A DNA stretch of 17,695 nucleotides from Paraspadella gotoi. Taxonomy: Eukaryota; Animalia; Chaetognatha. Below are positions 1-10,313 of the stretch, piece by piece. Every line of letters begins with the position of its first letter. Position 1 is the stretch's first letter. Location: NCBI GenBank assembly GCA_051294375.1, contig JBJCIZ010000573.1, positions 1 through 17,695 on the forward strand, in the 5' to 3' direction. Below the pieces are notes generated by a model, which saw only the letters and a program-made list of their open reading frames with translations, was not told the origin of the DNA and made no database searches. Both the position numbers and the translations under genes were made by a program.

Positions 1-117
1 CTCGATTTAAGTCAAAGTCTTCCAGAAACGTAAATTCATAGTTTACCACGTCTCTACCAATTCTCTTCGAATCGTCGAATAAAATATTTTGTCAAAATTG
101 CTCGTAAATTCGTCTCG

Positions 118-201
118 CTCGATCCCAACCGTCTTCGAAATTTTCGTCCCCTTAAAACTCGATCCCCGTCGTTTTTGAATGTTCGGGTCCCCTTAAGACT
201 C
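118..201. repeat. Degenerate ~40-bp tandem duplication (2 copies)
   Basis: Unit 118-157 is CTCGATCCCAACCGTCTTCGAAATTTTCGTCCCCTTAAAA and unit 158-198 is CTCGATCCCCGTCGTTTTTGAATGTTCGGGTCCCCTTAAGA. They share CTCGATCCC (118/158) and GTCCCCTTAA(A/G)ACTC (146-160/187-201, 14/15 identical). Confidence 0.6.
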
Positions 202-1603
202 TCGGAATTCTCTCAAGAAATTCGGACAATCGAATTCAAATCCAGGCAGGAAACGAAGAATCCGCTCTCTCCCCTTAAAAAAAAATCATTTCTGGTCTCC
301 GATTTAGGCGAAAATTGGGAATGAAATCACCCCTAGCCCACTTTTTCCTCTCCGGCCGCGATGGGCGTGTGAAAGGGACTGGAAGAAAGAAAAAGAAAAT
401 AAGAAGAAAAAAAAAGGGAAAAAAAGGAAACTCAACGAATTCTGAATTCACCGTGAATGCGAACGAGTCTAGTCGAGTGAAAAGAATCCGGAGCAAGAAT
501 CGCGCGATTCTTTCCTCTCTCACTTCTTTTTCCACTTCTGGAGAATTAAACGCCTTTTCCTCCTTCATACACCACACCTCCCCTTAAAAAAATAGGGATT
601 TTTTTCATACAAACCCCGCGCCTTAAAAAAGTATTTTTTTTCCTCTTCCTCCTAACTTCTCCTTCCATCGGCCCGCCGCCCCCCCCCTACCTCTTAAAAG
701 ATTCCCTTTTTTTCTCACAGACGATGAAATCTTTCACTTTTTTTTCCGCATATCCTCGAACCGGTATTTACTATTGAGATTTGGGGCGAGCCCCCGAAAA
801 AAGATCTCAACCAGATGAACTTGATTAAGGATTAAGAGGCCGAGTTGGTAGCGCCTATTTTCTTTTTTCCGAGTTTTTATTTTATATATTTTTTTTAACT
901 TTGCTTCTTTTTTTCTTGTGTGTTTGAGAAAAAAAATTAGGCGTGTTTTTTTTTTACGGTACCATATTTCAAAGTATAGAGTGCTTCGATCACGAAAAGC
1001 CCTCTTTGTCTTTTTTCTTTGGGGTTTAAATTAAAATAAAATAGGGCACTTTTCAGGGAGTGTCCGAGTTTTTGCTTCTTTTTTTCTAATTTGTTTTTTA
1101 TTTTTTTATTTTGGTCGGACGAGAAATGCAAATACTTTTTTTTATTCCATCGCGTCGGCGTAAATCATCAATGGCCAGTTTATCGACGATATTGAAAATA
1201 GTTTATCGATTCTCACATTTAACCAGTTTATTGAATATTGCTTTTTCGCGTATAACGCCTTCGGGAGGAGTCCTATTCCCAATTTCTCAGAGCCACTGGC
1301 CAACAGTCAACGATTTTCAGTCTGCGTATTGACTCGGATATCTGTATGAGATCAAGAAATCGATATACGAAGAACTACGAAATTATTGCGACAGCCGTGG
1401 AGCGTTGGGGCAATTATCCGTTTAATTTCTAATATCCGATAGGACGGTCTTGGTAGTGCGGAGGACTCGACTCATCCTAGTAGGCATCCAACCGCATCCG
1501 TCGAACGGCCGCTCGTCCGAAATAACTAAACTGGAATCAAGGGCGATCAAAAAAGGCGTGCGCCCGTCGAGGAATTGACAAGCCATGTCCGTTTCGCTAG
1601 TGC

Positions 1604-1668
1604 GGGGTTGCGGGTGAAGGGGGGGGGGAGGAATCTCGGGGGTTTTCAGGGGGGGGAACGTCAGGGGG
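1604..1668 (+). other. Putative G-quadruplex-forming sequence
   Basis: Six runs of at least 3 G in 65 nt, with loops of about 4-9 nt. Confidence 0.6.
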
Positions 1669-2159
1669 CAGAGTGGCAATTCGACGCTTCAACGCTCTCC
1701 AGTCAAAGAGATAAAAAACGGTGAGAAAAAAGTCCGCAAAGAGGAGGAAGAATGTCAATCACGATGATCTCCAGAATTTTAAGTGGCAAAAAAATGACGA
1801 AATTTACGGAATTATGATCAGTAGTGACGACGAACGAAGGCTTTTTTAGATCAAGTCAAAACAACACAAAAAAATTGGTGTCCGGGCACTCGTCTCTTTT
1901 TTTTCATTTGTGCGTTCTTCGTCGCTCATTTTGACTTTTTTGTTGACTTTCTCTCCCCCATATTTTCGGTGACTTCTCGTCGTCGACATCGGTTTCTATT
2001 AATATTCTAATTGGTCCGACATAACTTTGTCTCCGCGCCGAAAGAATATAGTCGTTTTTTCCGTAATTTTTGGCCAAAAAAGAAAAAAGTTTAGGCTCCC
2101 TTCTTTGATTGTCCTAGTTTTTATTTGCCAAGAGCTACTTACTCGGATTCGCTTTGGAA

Positions 2160-2230
2160 TCTCTCTCTCTCTCTCTCTCTCTCCTCTCTCTTCTCCCTTC
2201 GTGTCTCTCTCTTCTCTCTCTCTACTCTTT
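2160..2230. repeat. Imperfect (CT)n microsatellite
   Basis: Perfect (CT)11 from 2161 followed by interrupted CT. Confidence 0.95.
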
Positions 2231-2650
2231 TCAGCCAAATGTTTCACTAGAAAAGCTCATCCGCACTAAGTTCTTTGACCAAACTTCTTTTCATACGGTT
2301 TTTCAGGTCCAGGCTGTCGTCAGTTGGCTCATCTACCCAGGTGAGCTCCCTATCGTCGGCTCTCTTCGCCCCTATCTCGTTGTCTTCGGTTCGCAGCTCT
2401 TCTCTATCAAACCCAAATTTTTGCATTAAGATTGTGGCAAAAATTTTTTATGTAGATTTTTGTCCATAAAAGTGACTCGCAAGAAAAGAAAGAGAAAAGG
2501 GGATAGAAGAAATAGAACGAACAGAACGGGAAAGACTGGTATCTAACTTCTTTGTCGTGTATTTTCTTCCTGGTCCAAACTACCGAAACTTTATTATTTG
2601 CCAGTAGGCGGCGGTAATAAAAAATTGTGACACAGTCTCCAACGGAATCT

Positions 2651-2766
2651 TTTCTACTCTCTACATCTGCTCTCTCTGCTCCCTCTTCGTCTCTCTCTCT
2701 CTCTCTCTCTCTTCGTCTAGTCATCTCCTCTCTCTCTCTCTCGTCTCTCCTCTCTCTCTTTTCTCT
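2651..2766. repeat. Imperfect (CT)n microsatellite
   Basis: Pyrimidine tract with a perfect CT core at about 2690-2712. Confidence 0.95.
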
Positions 2767-3499
2767 AAACGGCCAGGAAATGGGCTCGCGTTTGAAGTGT
2801 CCCCTTGGTAATTCTCATTGTGATTCGAGTCCATGTGGTGCTTTTTTATTGATATGACAGCCCGCCAGCAGACGAACTACGGCGACAAATGACTCATTGG
2901 TATGAGTTTAATTTCGGATTTAATTTAATTGGAATATTTTTGCTACGTGATATACCGATCGATGACCAGATGTTCGCTGAACGAGTTGCACAGGGGCATC
3001 GTGCCAACTAATGATATTCTCCTACGAAATCAAAGTTAACTTTACGGTAGAAACGCGCTCGATCCCAAGCCTCGAAAGTCCGGCGATCCCATCCTCGGCC
3101 GACTCATGAACCCGATTCGCATCGATTATTTTTTTTATTTCACGCACAGAATGTAGCACCAGCCCTCCCTCCCTTTAAAGATAAAGTGACTGGCGTCAAA
3201 TAAAGGATTTTATCGTAAAGAATTTTATCCATCTAATCCCTTTTCCCAACGCAACGAGACCCGCGCTTTGTCCGGTTTCACCCCCATTATTACCTATTCT
3301 TAGCCTCAATAATCAGATTTTTTTTTTTTTTTACTTAAAAAAAATTTGAATGAAAAATCAGCAAAGTTCTTTTTTATGATTATGGCCACCTTTGAAAAAA
3401 AAAAAGTGGCATAAGAAATGAGAAAAAAAAAGTTAGGACGATATGAAAAAAAACAATTTGGGGTTGTACACCATCATTGAAAGAGATTTTTTTTTCTAG

Positions 3500-3657
3500 A
3501 TGCGGCGAAATCCAGAAGAGTCTCTCACAACAGCTTTGGATTAATCAGCGATTTTTTGACTAAAATGATGTCAGGAATGGAGAACAAGAAACAGTCAATT
3601 CTTCAACTTTTCTTGATACAGATTAACGACAGCTGGCGGCGATTGAAGGGAGTATAA
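3500..3657 (+). CDS. Candidate terminal coding exon, unknown product
   Basis: Acceptor T9-CTAG (AG 3498-3499) is followed by a phase-1 open frame, AAKSRRVSHNSFGLISDFLTKMMSGMENKKQSILQLFLIQINDSWRRLKGV, ending at TAA 3655-3657. No recognised homology and no upstream partner exon. Confidence 0.15.
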
Positions 3658-3666
3658 AATTTAATA

Positions 3667-3810
3667 TTTCCTTGCTTCTTTCTCTCTGTCTCATCTTCTC
3701 TCTCTCTTCTCTTGCTCACTCTCGTCTTCTCTCTCTCTTGCCTCTCCTCTCTCTTACCTCTCATTCTCTAACTCACATCTATCCCATACCTCCCAGCTCT
3801 CTCACTTTCC
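3667..3810. repeat. Degenerate CT-rich polypyrimidine tract
   Basis: Almost entirely C/T with short CT runs. Confidence 0.85.
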
Positions 3811-4771
3811 AAAGTTTAATATTGTTCCTTTTAAGTTTAAATTTTATGTGCTATCTAGCTGGCTATAATGGCGGCTCCTAATTGATTGTCCTGAAAATGC
3901 TGATAAATCCAAAATATAAAAAAAAACAACAGTTGCGAGTCTGATTATAACATGTCCGATCATCGAGAGAAAAAGAAATAAAGCAAGATTTTTTCACATT
4001 GGCTCGGTGACTTTCCGTCTCTAATCTTGTACTGCCAAAAAAGAATCTCCTAAAAAGTCGTTCTAGTTCTACTCTTAATCGGCGCAATTCTTGCATTTAA
4101 CTTTTGACGAAATCGCGAAAAAAGAATCGAATTCGGACAAGGAATCGCGAAGTGGGAAAAGAGATAAGGAATCATCTAAATTCGTTACATCCCGCGCCCC
4201 GCGATTGAAAAACCTGAATGGAGGGATTTTTTTGAAGTGAGTTTTTATCCCTCGAGATGGTGAAAAGTAAAAAGACGTGTATCGAAGTGAAAGGAAGAAG
4301 AAATTAATCCGAGAAAGAAAGAGAGACTGACATTAAAAACTTCACCAGTAGAGTACGAGATTCCTACTAAAAAAATTTGAAGTAACATATTTTATTCATT
4401 TTGATTACTTAGAAGAGATACATTAAAATAAAATTATCACACGACTCATGAACGGCGGAAGACACATATCAAGTTTATCAATAGATAAATATACATCTAT
4501 TTTTATTTCTTCTTTATCCCATCGCATTGCAAAAGTTGTCGTTGGCGCAATGAACACAGAACGCATTGTCGAAGGGAATTTGTTGGAAAAACGAGTTTAT
4601 TTTGCATCCAACGGAAAATTAATTCGGCTCCTCTTTCTTTTTCTTGCTTTTCTTATCCTTTTATCTTTTTTCTTTTTCTCCTCGAGTCATTTAAAAAAAA
4701 TTTGATACTTAACAACAGGCTGTCTTATATTTCCATGTAGCAGAGCGCAATTGGAGGGAAAGTCGGGAGGC

Positions 4772-4824
4772 GAGAAAGAAAGAGTGAGAAGAGAAGAGAG
4801 AGAGAGAGGAGAGAGAGAGAGAGG

Positions 4825-4866
<42 letters not shown>

Positions 4867-4875
4867 AGAGAGGAG
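4772..4875. repeat. Imperfect (GA)n microsatellite
   Basis: Purine tract with a perfect GA run at about 4830-4863. Confidence 0.95.
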
Positions 4876-6740
4876 TTGCATTATTTTTTTATCCTAAGTA
4901 GCTACTAGTATTCTCTGCGAATAATTAAGACTGTATCTTTTATACCGTTTCATCTTCTTTTGTCCGTCGTTGTCGGTCAAAATCTGCACATATAAAAAAT
5001 TAACGAAAAAAGCATGTTTGTCTTCGTGATTTATCGATGAGAGACAAATTTTTTTTTAAATTCTGCTTTTCTCTCTTTCAGGCCGCGTCGTTACTCTCTC
5101 TTTTCTCAGGTATTCAACGTGTTACCAGACAAGAAAAAAAAAAAGTGTAAATCCCGTTTTATTTTTCTATATTATTCTTTTTTCTTTGTGCAATGAGTCT
5201 TTTTATGTATCTCTTTTTGTTGTTCGACACTGGCATGGTGTTTATTCTTTGCATGGTATTGTTTTTACTTTGTGCGGATTTATGTTGACGAATCGAATCC
5301 TGAAGAAAGGTAGGTAGGGTGGAACGCATGATAGCGATCAGATCAAATTATTCTGGACGCTCGTTTTAAGAAAAAGTGATTATTCCATGTGCTAATTACC
5401 TCGTGAGTACAGCCCATCACACCGGGTTGTCTCTCATGATCCTGACGGAAGAAGATGAACGCTATTCATCGTTGATCTATATACACTCTTTGGGAGGGTG
5501 AACTCGTCCATCCCAAGGTACACTTACCATTTCTGAGGCTTTCTCTCACAATCACATGATACCTTTCTGGTCAAAGGATATCTTAGATTGGTTAAAAATT
5601 TGTCATCGTTTCTTCGGATAGCATTATGCTCGAAAGTTGTAATGTCATTGCTCTCACAATACATACTCGTTGCCATCCAATAGGGCTTATATTGAAATAC
5701 TACTTTCCTCAACATTACATTTCTAAACTCTCATCTCAATTTCCAGCCACGGCCTTTTTTCACCCAGAATACCTCATCACTATTTCCAACTCCACAATGC
5801 ATGCCATTAGTAACATACTTACTCTAATTCACATATTTCTGCTTCATGCAGAGACAAAAACCACTATTATCTCGCGCGGATCCTCACTTTCATTCACTAA
5901 CAATGATTCACTCATAACCACACTTATCCACACTAACGCTAACATACTTCGTTGCTCATATGTTTGCAGATCACTATTGAAGCGAGAAAAAAACCCCCGC
6001 GTAATAGAAAGAGAGCATCTAACACGCGGAGGAAGACCAGATCGGCAGATTGATCAGTAGAGACCGCAGAAATAGAGTTACAAGAGTAGAGATGACGAAA
6101 GATGACGAATTCGAGATGTTATGATTGATATTCGAGACTTCAATGAAGAACCCCTCGCGGGTCTTTGCTCTTTGCTCTCTCCGTAGAAATAAAAATGTAA
6201 ACGGTCGACGCCTAGCAAATTTAAAAAAAGAGCGGGAGAACGAATCGCAGACAAGTACTAATGTCCTTCGCTAATTTGACCTGCAGGTGTCTTCGTAGAT
6301 TCTTGTACTGCGTAAGTCAAGGTCAGTATTATTGTAAGATCGTACGTTCTTGATATAGACGACGTGAGATTATGAAAAAAAAAAAAAAATCGATATGCCT
6401 AATTAAAAATAAGACGTAACTCTATTATAGAATACCACCCACGTTATTGTTTATGAAAAAATCGACATTTCGATATTCTTTTAAGTAAAGTATTACAAGA
6501 ATGTCACGATTTACATTATTCAAAAACGTACTACTTTTTAAAAAAGGCTTTAACTCTAATGTACCTTATTATTTACACTGTAATAAATCAAAATATATTC
6601 TTTTTTTTTTTAATTTTATAAGGAAACTAACTAATAAAAATTTATATATCCTCTCTCACCATCTCGAATCACCCTTTAAATAGTCAGTTCGGTCTAATCC
6701 GCATATTTGTTGTTGTCTAACTTGGACATGATTCATTCTG

Positions 6741-6823
6741 TCTCTCGCCTCTCGTCTCGTCGTCTCGTGCTCGTCATTCGCTGTCTCTCTCATCATCTTG
6801 CTCGCTCAGTCTCTTCCATCTCA

Positions 6824-6854
<31 letters not shown>

Positions 6855-6860
6855 GTCTCC
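6741..6860. repeat. Imperfect (CT)n / CTCGT-rich microsatellite
   Basis: TCTCGTC-like units followed by perfect CT at about 6830-6854. Confidence 0.9.
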
Positions 6861-7386
6861 ACTTTCACTGTTGTGGTATTATCCGGAATTGGAAAAATTC
6901 AGTGATTTCCTTTTGTTTTGTTCTTTTTTTTTTTTCTCCGACCTTACTTATGGCAACCTCTTTTATAAAACATCTCGCATAAAAGTTCCAATATTCTCGT
7001 CGGTTGTTACTCGTTTTTGTTTCTACGTAGTTGTCATTGTCATTGACGTCTGTCCACTCATTTTCTCGTTGTTCGTCATCTTCCCTCTTTTTTTTGTCAT
7101 CTGTTTTCCTCCTCCCATCTCCATTTTCTTAGGATATATTTCCCTTCGTCTTCGGTCGTCGTCTTCTCGGTCAATCTCAGAAGCCGGCGAATATACATAT
7201 TGGGATAATGATCAGCAGCGATCAAATCGAATTTCGTCGGTCGTCGCCCTTGATTGAGAGGGGGACCAGGCGTCGGAGTCGGAAACGACAAAACCCACAT
7301 TTCATTAAATTCAGCTAGGACGCAACACTGGAGGAAAAAAATGAGCAACCGTTCGAATAAGAATAGCATATGCAATTTTTTCGGGC

Positions 7387-7512
7387 GAGGGGAGAGAGAG
7401 AGAGAGAGAGAGAGAGAGAACCGAGAGAGAGGAGGAGAGAGAGGAGAGAGAGAGAAGAGAGAGTAGAGAGAGAAGAGAGAGAGAGACAAGAGAGAGAAGA
7501 GAGAGAGTAGAG

Positions 7513-7544
<32 letters not shown>

Positions 7545-7565
7545 CAGAGAAAAGGGGGGAGGGAA
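7387..7565. repeat. Long imperfect (GA)n microsatellite
   Basis: About 180 nt of nearly pure purine sequence. Confidence 0.97.
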
Positions 7566-7780
7566 TTTAAAATCTTTAAAAGTCTTGTGGGAGAAGGGTA
7601 TTGTAGCCGAGCATACATCATCGAACGAATTTCCTCGCGAATTTTTTTTTACATTTTTCTCGGCTGGTTTTATTCTCTTTTTTTTTTTAATGCTTCTCTG
7701 TGAATTTTTTTTCCTTTTACTTTGCATCTATTTCCATCTTTCTCTCTTTCTTGATGAAGACACTTCGCCAAGAAATTCAT

Positions 7781-7868
7781 AAAGGAAAGAGGGATGAGAG
7801 AGAGAGAGGAGAGGGAGGAGGGAGAGAGAGAGAGAGACAGAGAAGAGAGAGAGAGAGAAGAGAGAGAG
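7781..7868. repeat. Imperfect (GA)n microsatellite
   Basis: GA run with GGA and GAA interruptions. Confidence 0.95.
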
Positions 7869-8329
7869 CCCAGAGAACCTGCATGAATAAAGTAACTCAA
7901 ATGTAAAAGAAATCGTTATAAAAAAAACTAGGGGTAAAAAAAGAAAGGCGTAGAAATATCCTTTTTAAAAGCCGTGAATTCTTAATTCGAACACAAGTCA
8001 TTTTTAGTTTCAGACGTTCCCCTGCGTTTTTTTCCCTTTAACGATGCATTATCAAAAAAATGTTGACACCCAAAACTTTTTTGAGTTTTTCCTTTATGTA
8101 GTTCTTTGTACGTTCTTAAGATCCCATTGGGATTTATTTTTTTGGGGGGGGGGGCGTTCATTTTTTTTTCTCGCTTTTACCTTTGTATTTGAATTGGAAT
8201 AAAGGGAGAAATCAAAGTTAATACAAAAGGTCGTTGAAAAATTCAATATACAGTACGGTTTTGGCTTTAACTCTAAGACAACACGCTTTGGAAAACAAAA
8301 GAAAAAGTCCAGGTTATCGGAATTAATCA

Positions 8330-8331
<2 letters not shown>

Positions 8332-8369
<38 letters not shown>
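8332..8369. repeat. T38 homopolymer
   Basis: 38 consecutive T, read as K13 in the minus-strand ORF track. Confidence 0.97.
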
Positions 8370-8370
<1 letters not shown>

Positions 8371-8650
8371 GAACAAAAAATGAAAGAGGAATGAGAGTTT
8401 AAAGATTTGTACGTAAAGAAAGAAAAAGTCACTGTCTCTACAAGCACTTTTCATTCGTCTTTTTCAATACCAACGTAATTAGTACTGTATTTTAAAGTTA
8501 ATTAACTTGTAATACACGTGATATTTCATGTAATTATTTTTTTACTCTCCACTTCCTTCCGTCAAAACCACCACAATTCCCTTTCACTAATTATAAGCAC
8601 CGCCCTCAATTATTAAAACTCCCATGTCTCTTCTCTTACTGTACGCCTCA

Positions 8651-8706
8651 CCCTAAATCAGTACCCCCAAACCCCGCCCCTGCCCCCCTTCCCCCCCGGC
8701 CCACCC
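8651..8706 (-). other. Putative G-quadruplex (minus strand) / i-motif (plus strand), containing a GC-box
   Basis: Eight runs of at least 3 C on the plus strand, mostly with 1-3 nt loops. CCCCGCCCC lies at 8672-8680. Confidence 0.65.
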
Positions 8707-8867
8707 TCTCGAGCCTTCGTCTCGGCTCTCGAATATTTTCGTTAATGGTCGGAAGCCAGCGTTTGGTAGTTTCCGGTTTTCTGATCTCACCTTTTACATT
8801 AGACATGAACATATACCAATGCAAAGTGGAATTAAAGTCGGGCGACGGGGGAAGGCGCGACACGAGG

Positions 8868-8898
8868 GACGAGACGACGAGACGACGACAACGACGAT
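8868..8898. repeat. Imperfect (GAC)n simple repeat
   Basis: GACGAGACGACGAGACGACGACAACGACGAT. A similar GAC run occurs at about 10476-10490. Confidence 0.8.
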
Positions 8899-9298
8899 GT
8901 ATTCGTATTCCGCTTCATGATTCAAGAGAACACCTCTCCCATCTTCTTGCCGCCAGCCGCTTGACGGCCGATTTCCCACCAGCCTGCATTCATATCCATC
9001 CTCGAAGAAATCAACGCTTCCCGATCCTTCAAAACGTTTCCTTTATTCTCCCTTCTTTTTCGGCATCGGGATAGACACGAGAAAAACGTTCCGAGCTAAA
9101 ATTATACCTACTCTTAGAATAACAACCTCTCCCGGACTCGACGCTCCACGGGTCACCCATTCGCTACGCTAAAACGAATTGAAATCCCCCTCCATCCCTC
9201 TACTCAACATTTTTACCCTTTGGAAACTCCAATCGTTATTTTTTTTTTCCCGTTTCTCAGGATGCCTAATTGTCTAAGCGAACAAAGATTCCCCCTGC

Positions 9299-9377
9299 GA
9301 GAGAGAGAGAAGAGAGAGAGGAGAGAGAGAGAGAGAGAGAGAGAAGAGAGAGGAGAGAAGAGAGAGAGAGGAGAGAG
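9299..9377. repeat. Imperfect (GA)n microsatellite
   Basis: 79 nt of pure purine GA sequence. Confidence 0.97.
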
Positions 9378-9461
9378 TTAGTTTTTGGTTTTGCGAAAAT
9401 GAAGAGTGAAAGGCAAACTCAGTTCATTCGATGCGATACAGGCTGAATAAAAGAAGTGAAA

Positions 9462-9560
9462 CTCTCTCTCTATCTCCTCTCTCTCCTCTCTCTTCATCAT
9501 CTCTCTCTCTCTCTCTCTCTAGTTCTTCTCTCTCCTCCTCTTTTCTCTCTCCCTCTTTTT
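9462..9560. repeat. Imperfect (CT)n microsatellite
   Basis: Pyrimidine tract 84 nt downstream of the GA tract. Confidence 0.95.
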
Positions 9561-9972
9561 ATCAAAAGTCGTCTCTATCCACAGGACGGGTGAACATCCT
9601 GTCCCCCAGGACAATTTTTAATAATAACCGAGTTTCATAAAGCCTACTTTTCTTTCTTCTACGTTTTATTTTTGTCCAGCTCCCTTTACTCCCCTCCCTT
9701 TCTTCTCTTTTCTTCTTTTCTTTTGAGGTTTTCAGAAACAGCAATCGAGTTGGGGAAAACAACCAATAAAATCTTAAATTCAATGTAAATAGCTTTTTTA
9801 ATAGAATTTTTTTATTAATTAGAAAATTTTACAAATAGAAAAAACTAATAGAATAATCTAGAAATAAACAAAGGGTACTTTTAAACGAACATACATATAT
9901 CGGCAAATATCTTCCCGATAAGTAATAAATTTTTCTTGAAAAGAATAAACTTAGTCATCGACGCGGGTTTAC

Positions 9973-10113
9973 CGAACGAAACGACGACAATGCGCCGTAC
10001 GACAAGCGATGAACACGTAACCGACATCGACGGCAAGCGCGATTGGCAGTCTCAATTCGTTGGCACTAGAGATTCGTGACTTTGGAGATGGATTTTCCGA
10101 TGCCGCACGCAGA
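9973..10113 (-). CDS. Candidate internal exon (141 nt, phase 2-2), unknown product
   Basis: On the minus strand there is an acceptor TTGACC-T18-GCAG| (AG at 10115-10114) and a donor CG|GTAAAC (GT at 9972-9971). Only one of three frames is open: LRAASENPSPKSRISSANELRLPIALAVDVGYVFIACRTAHCRRFV. The segment is GC-richer than its flanks. No recognised homology. Confidence 0.3.
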
Positions 10114-10205
10114 CTGCAAAAAAAAAAAAAAAAAAGGTCAACGACTTTATTATTATACGCGCTCACACTTTTGAAGCATTAGTCACTTGGAAAATTCTGT
10201 CACAA

Positions 10206-10217
10206 CTTCTCTCTCCT

Positions 10218-10255
<38 letters not shown>

Positions 10256-10313
10256 TCCTCTCTCTCTCTTCTCTCTACTTCTCTCTCTCTCTTTTTTTTT
10301 TTTTTTTTTTTCC
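10206..10313. repeat. Imperfect (CT)n microsatellite plus T20
   Basis: CT tract 10206-10291 fused to a T run at 10292-10311. Confidence 0.97.

Noticed and set aside
829-870. tRNA D-arm / A-box-like string GGCCGAGTTGGTAGCGCC
   Set aside because: It is followed directly by T-runs, with no anticodon arm, T-loop/B-box or acceptor stem.
116-3068. 13-bp match CGCTCGATCCCAA at 116-128 and 3056-3068
   Set aside because: A few 13-mer matches are expected by chance in 17.7 kb, and the match does not extend.
5062-5115. Plus-strand acceptor-like sites (TTTCAG at 5081, TCTCAG at 5109), also at ~720 and ~9260
   Set aside because: Pyrimidine tract + AG is common in this composition, and no convincing open frame with a strong donor follows.
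8332-8369. T38 as the poly(A) tail of a retroposed element
   Set aside because: On the minus strand there is no AATAAA just upstream, no target-site duplication and no SINE/LINE body.
8495-8508. Perfect palindromes AAGTTAATTAACTT, also 3032-3043 and 16322-16333
   Set aside because: Palindromes of 12-14 bp are expected by chance in AT-rich DNA of this length.
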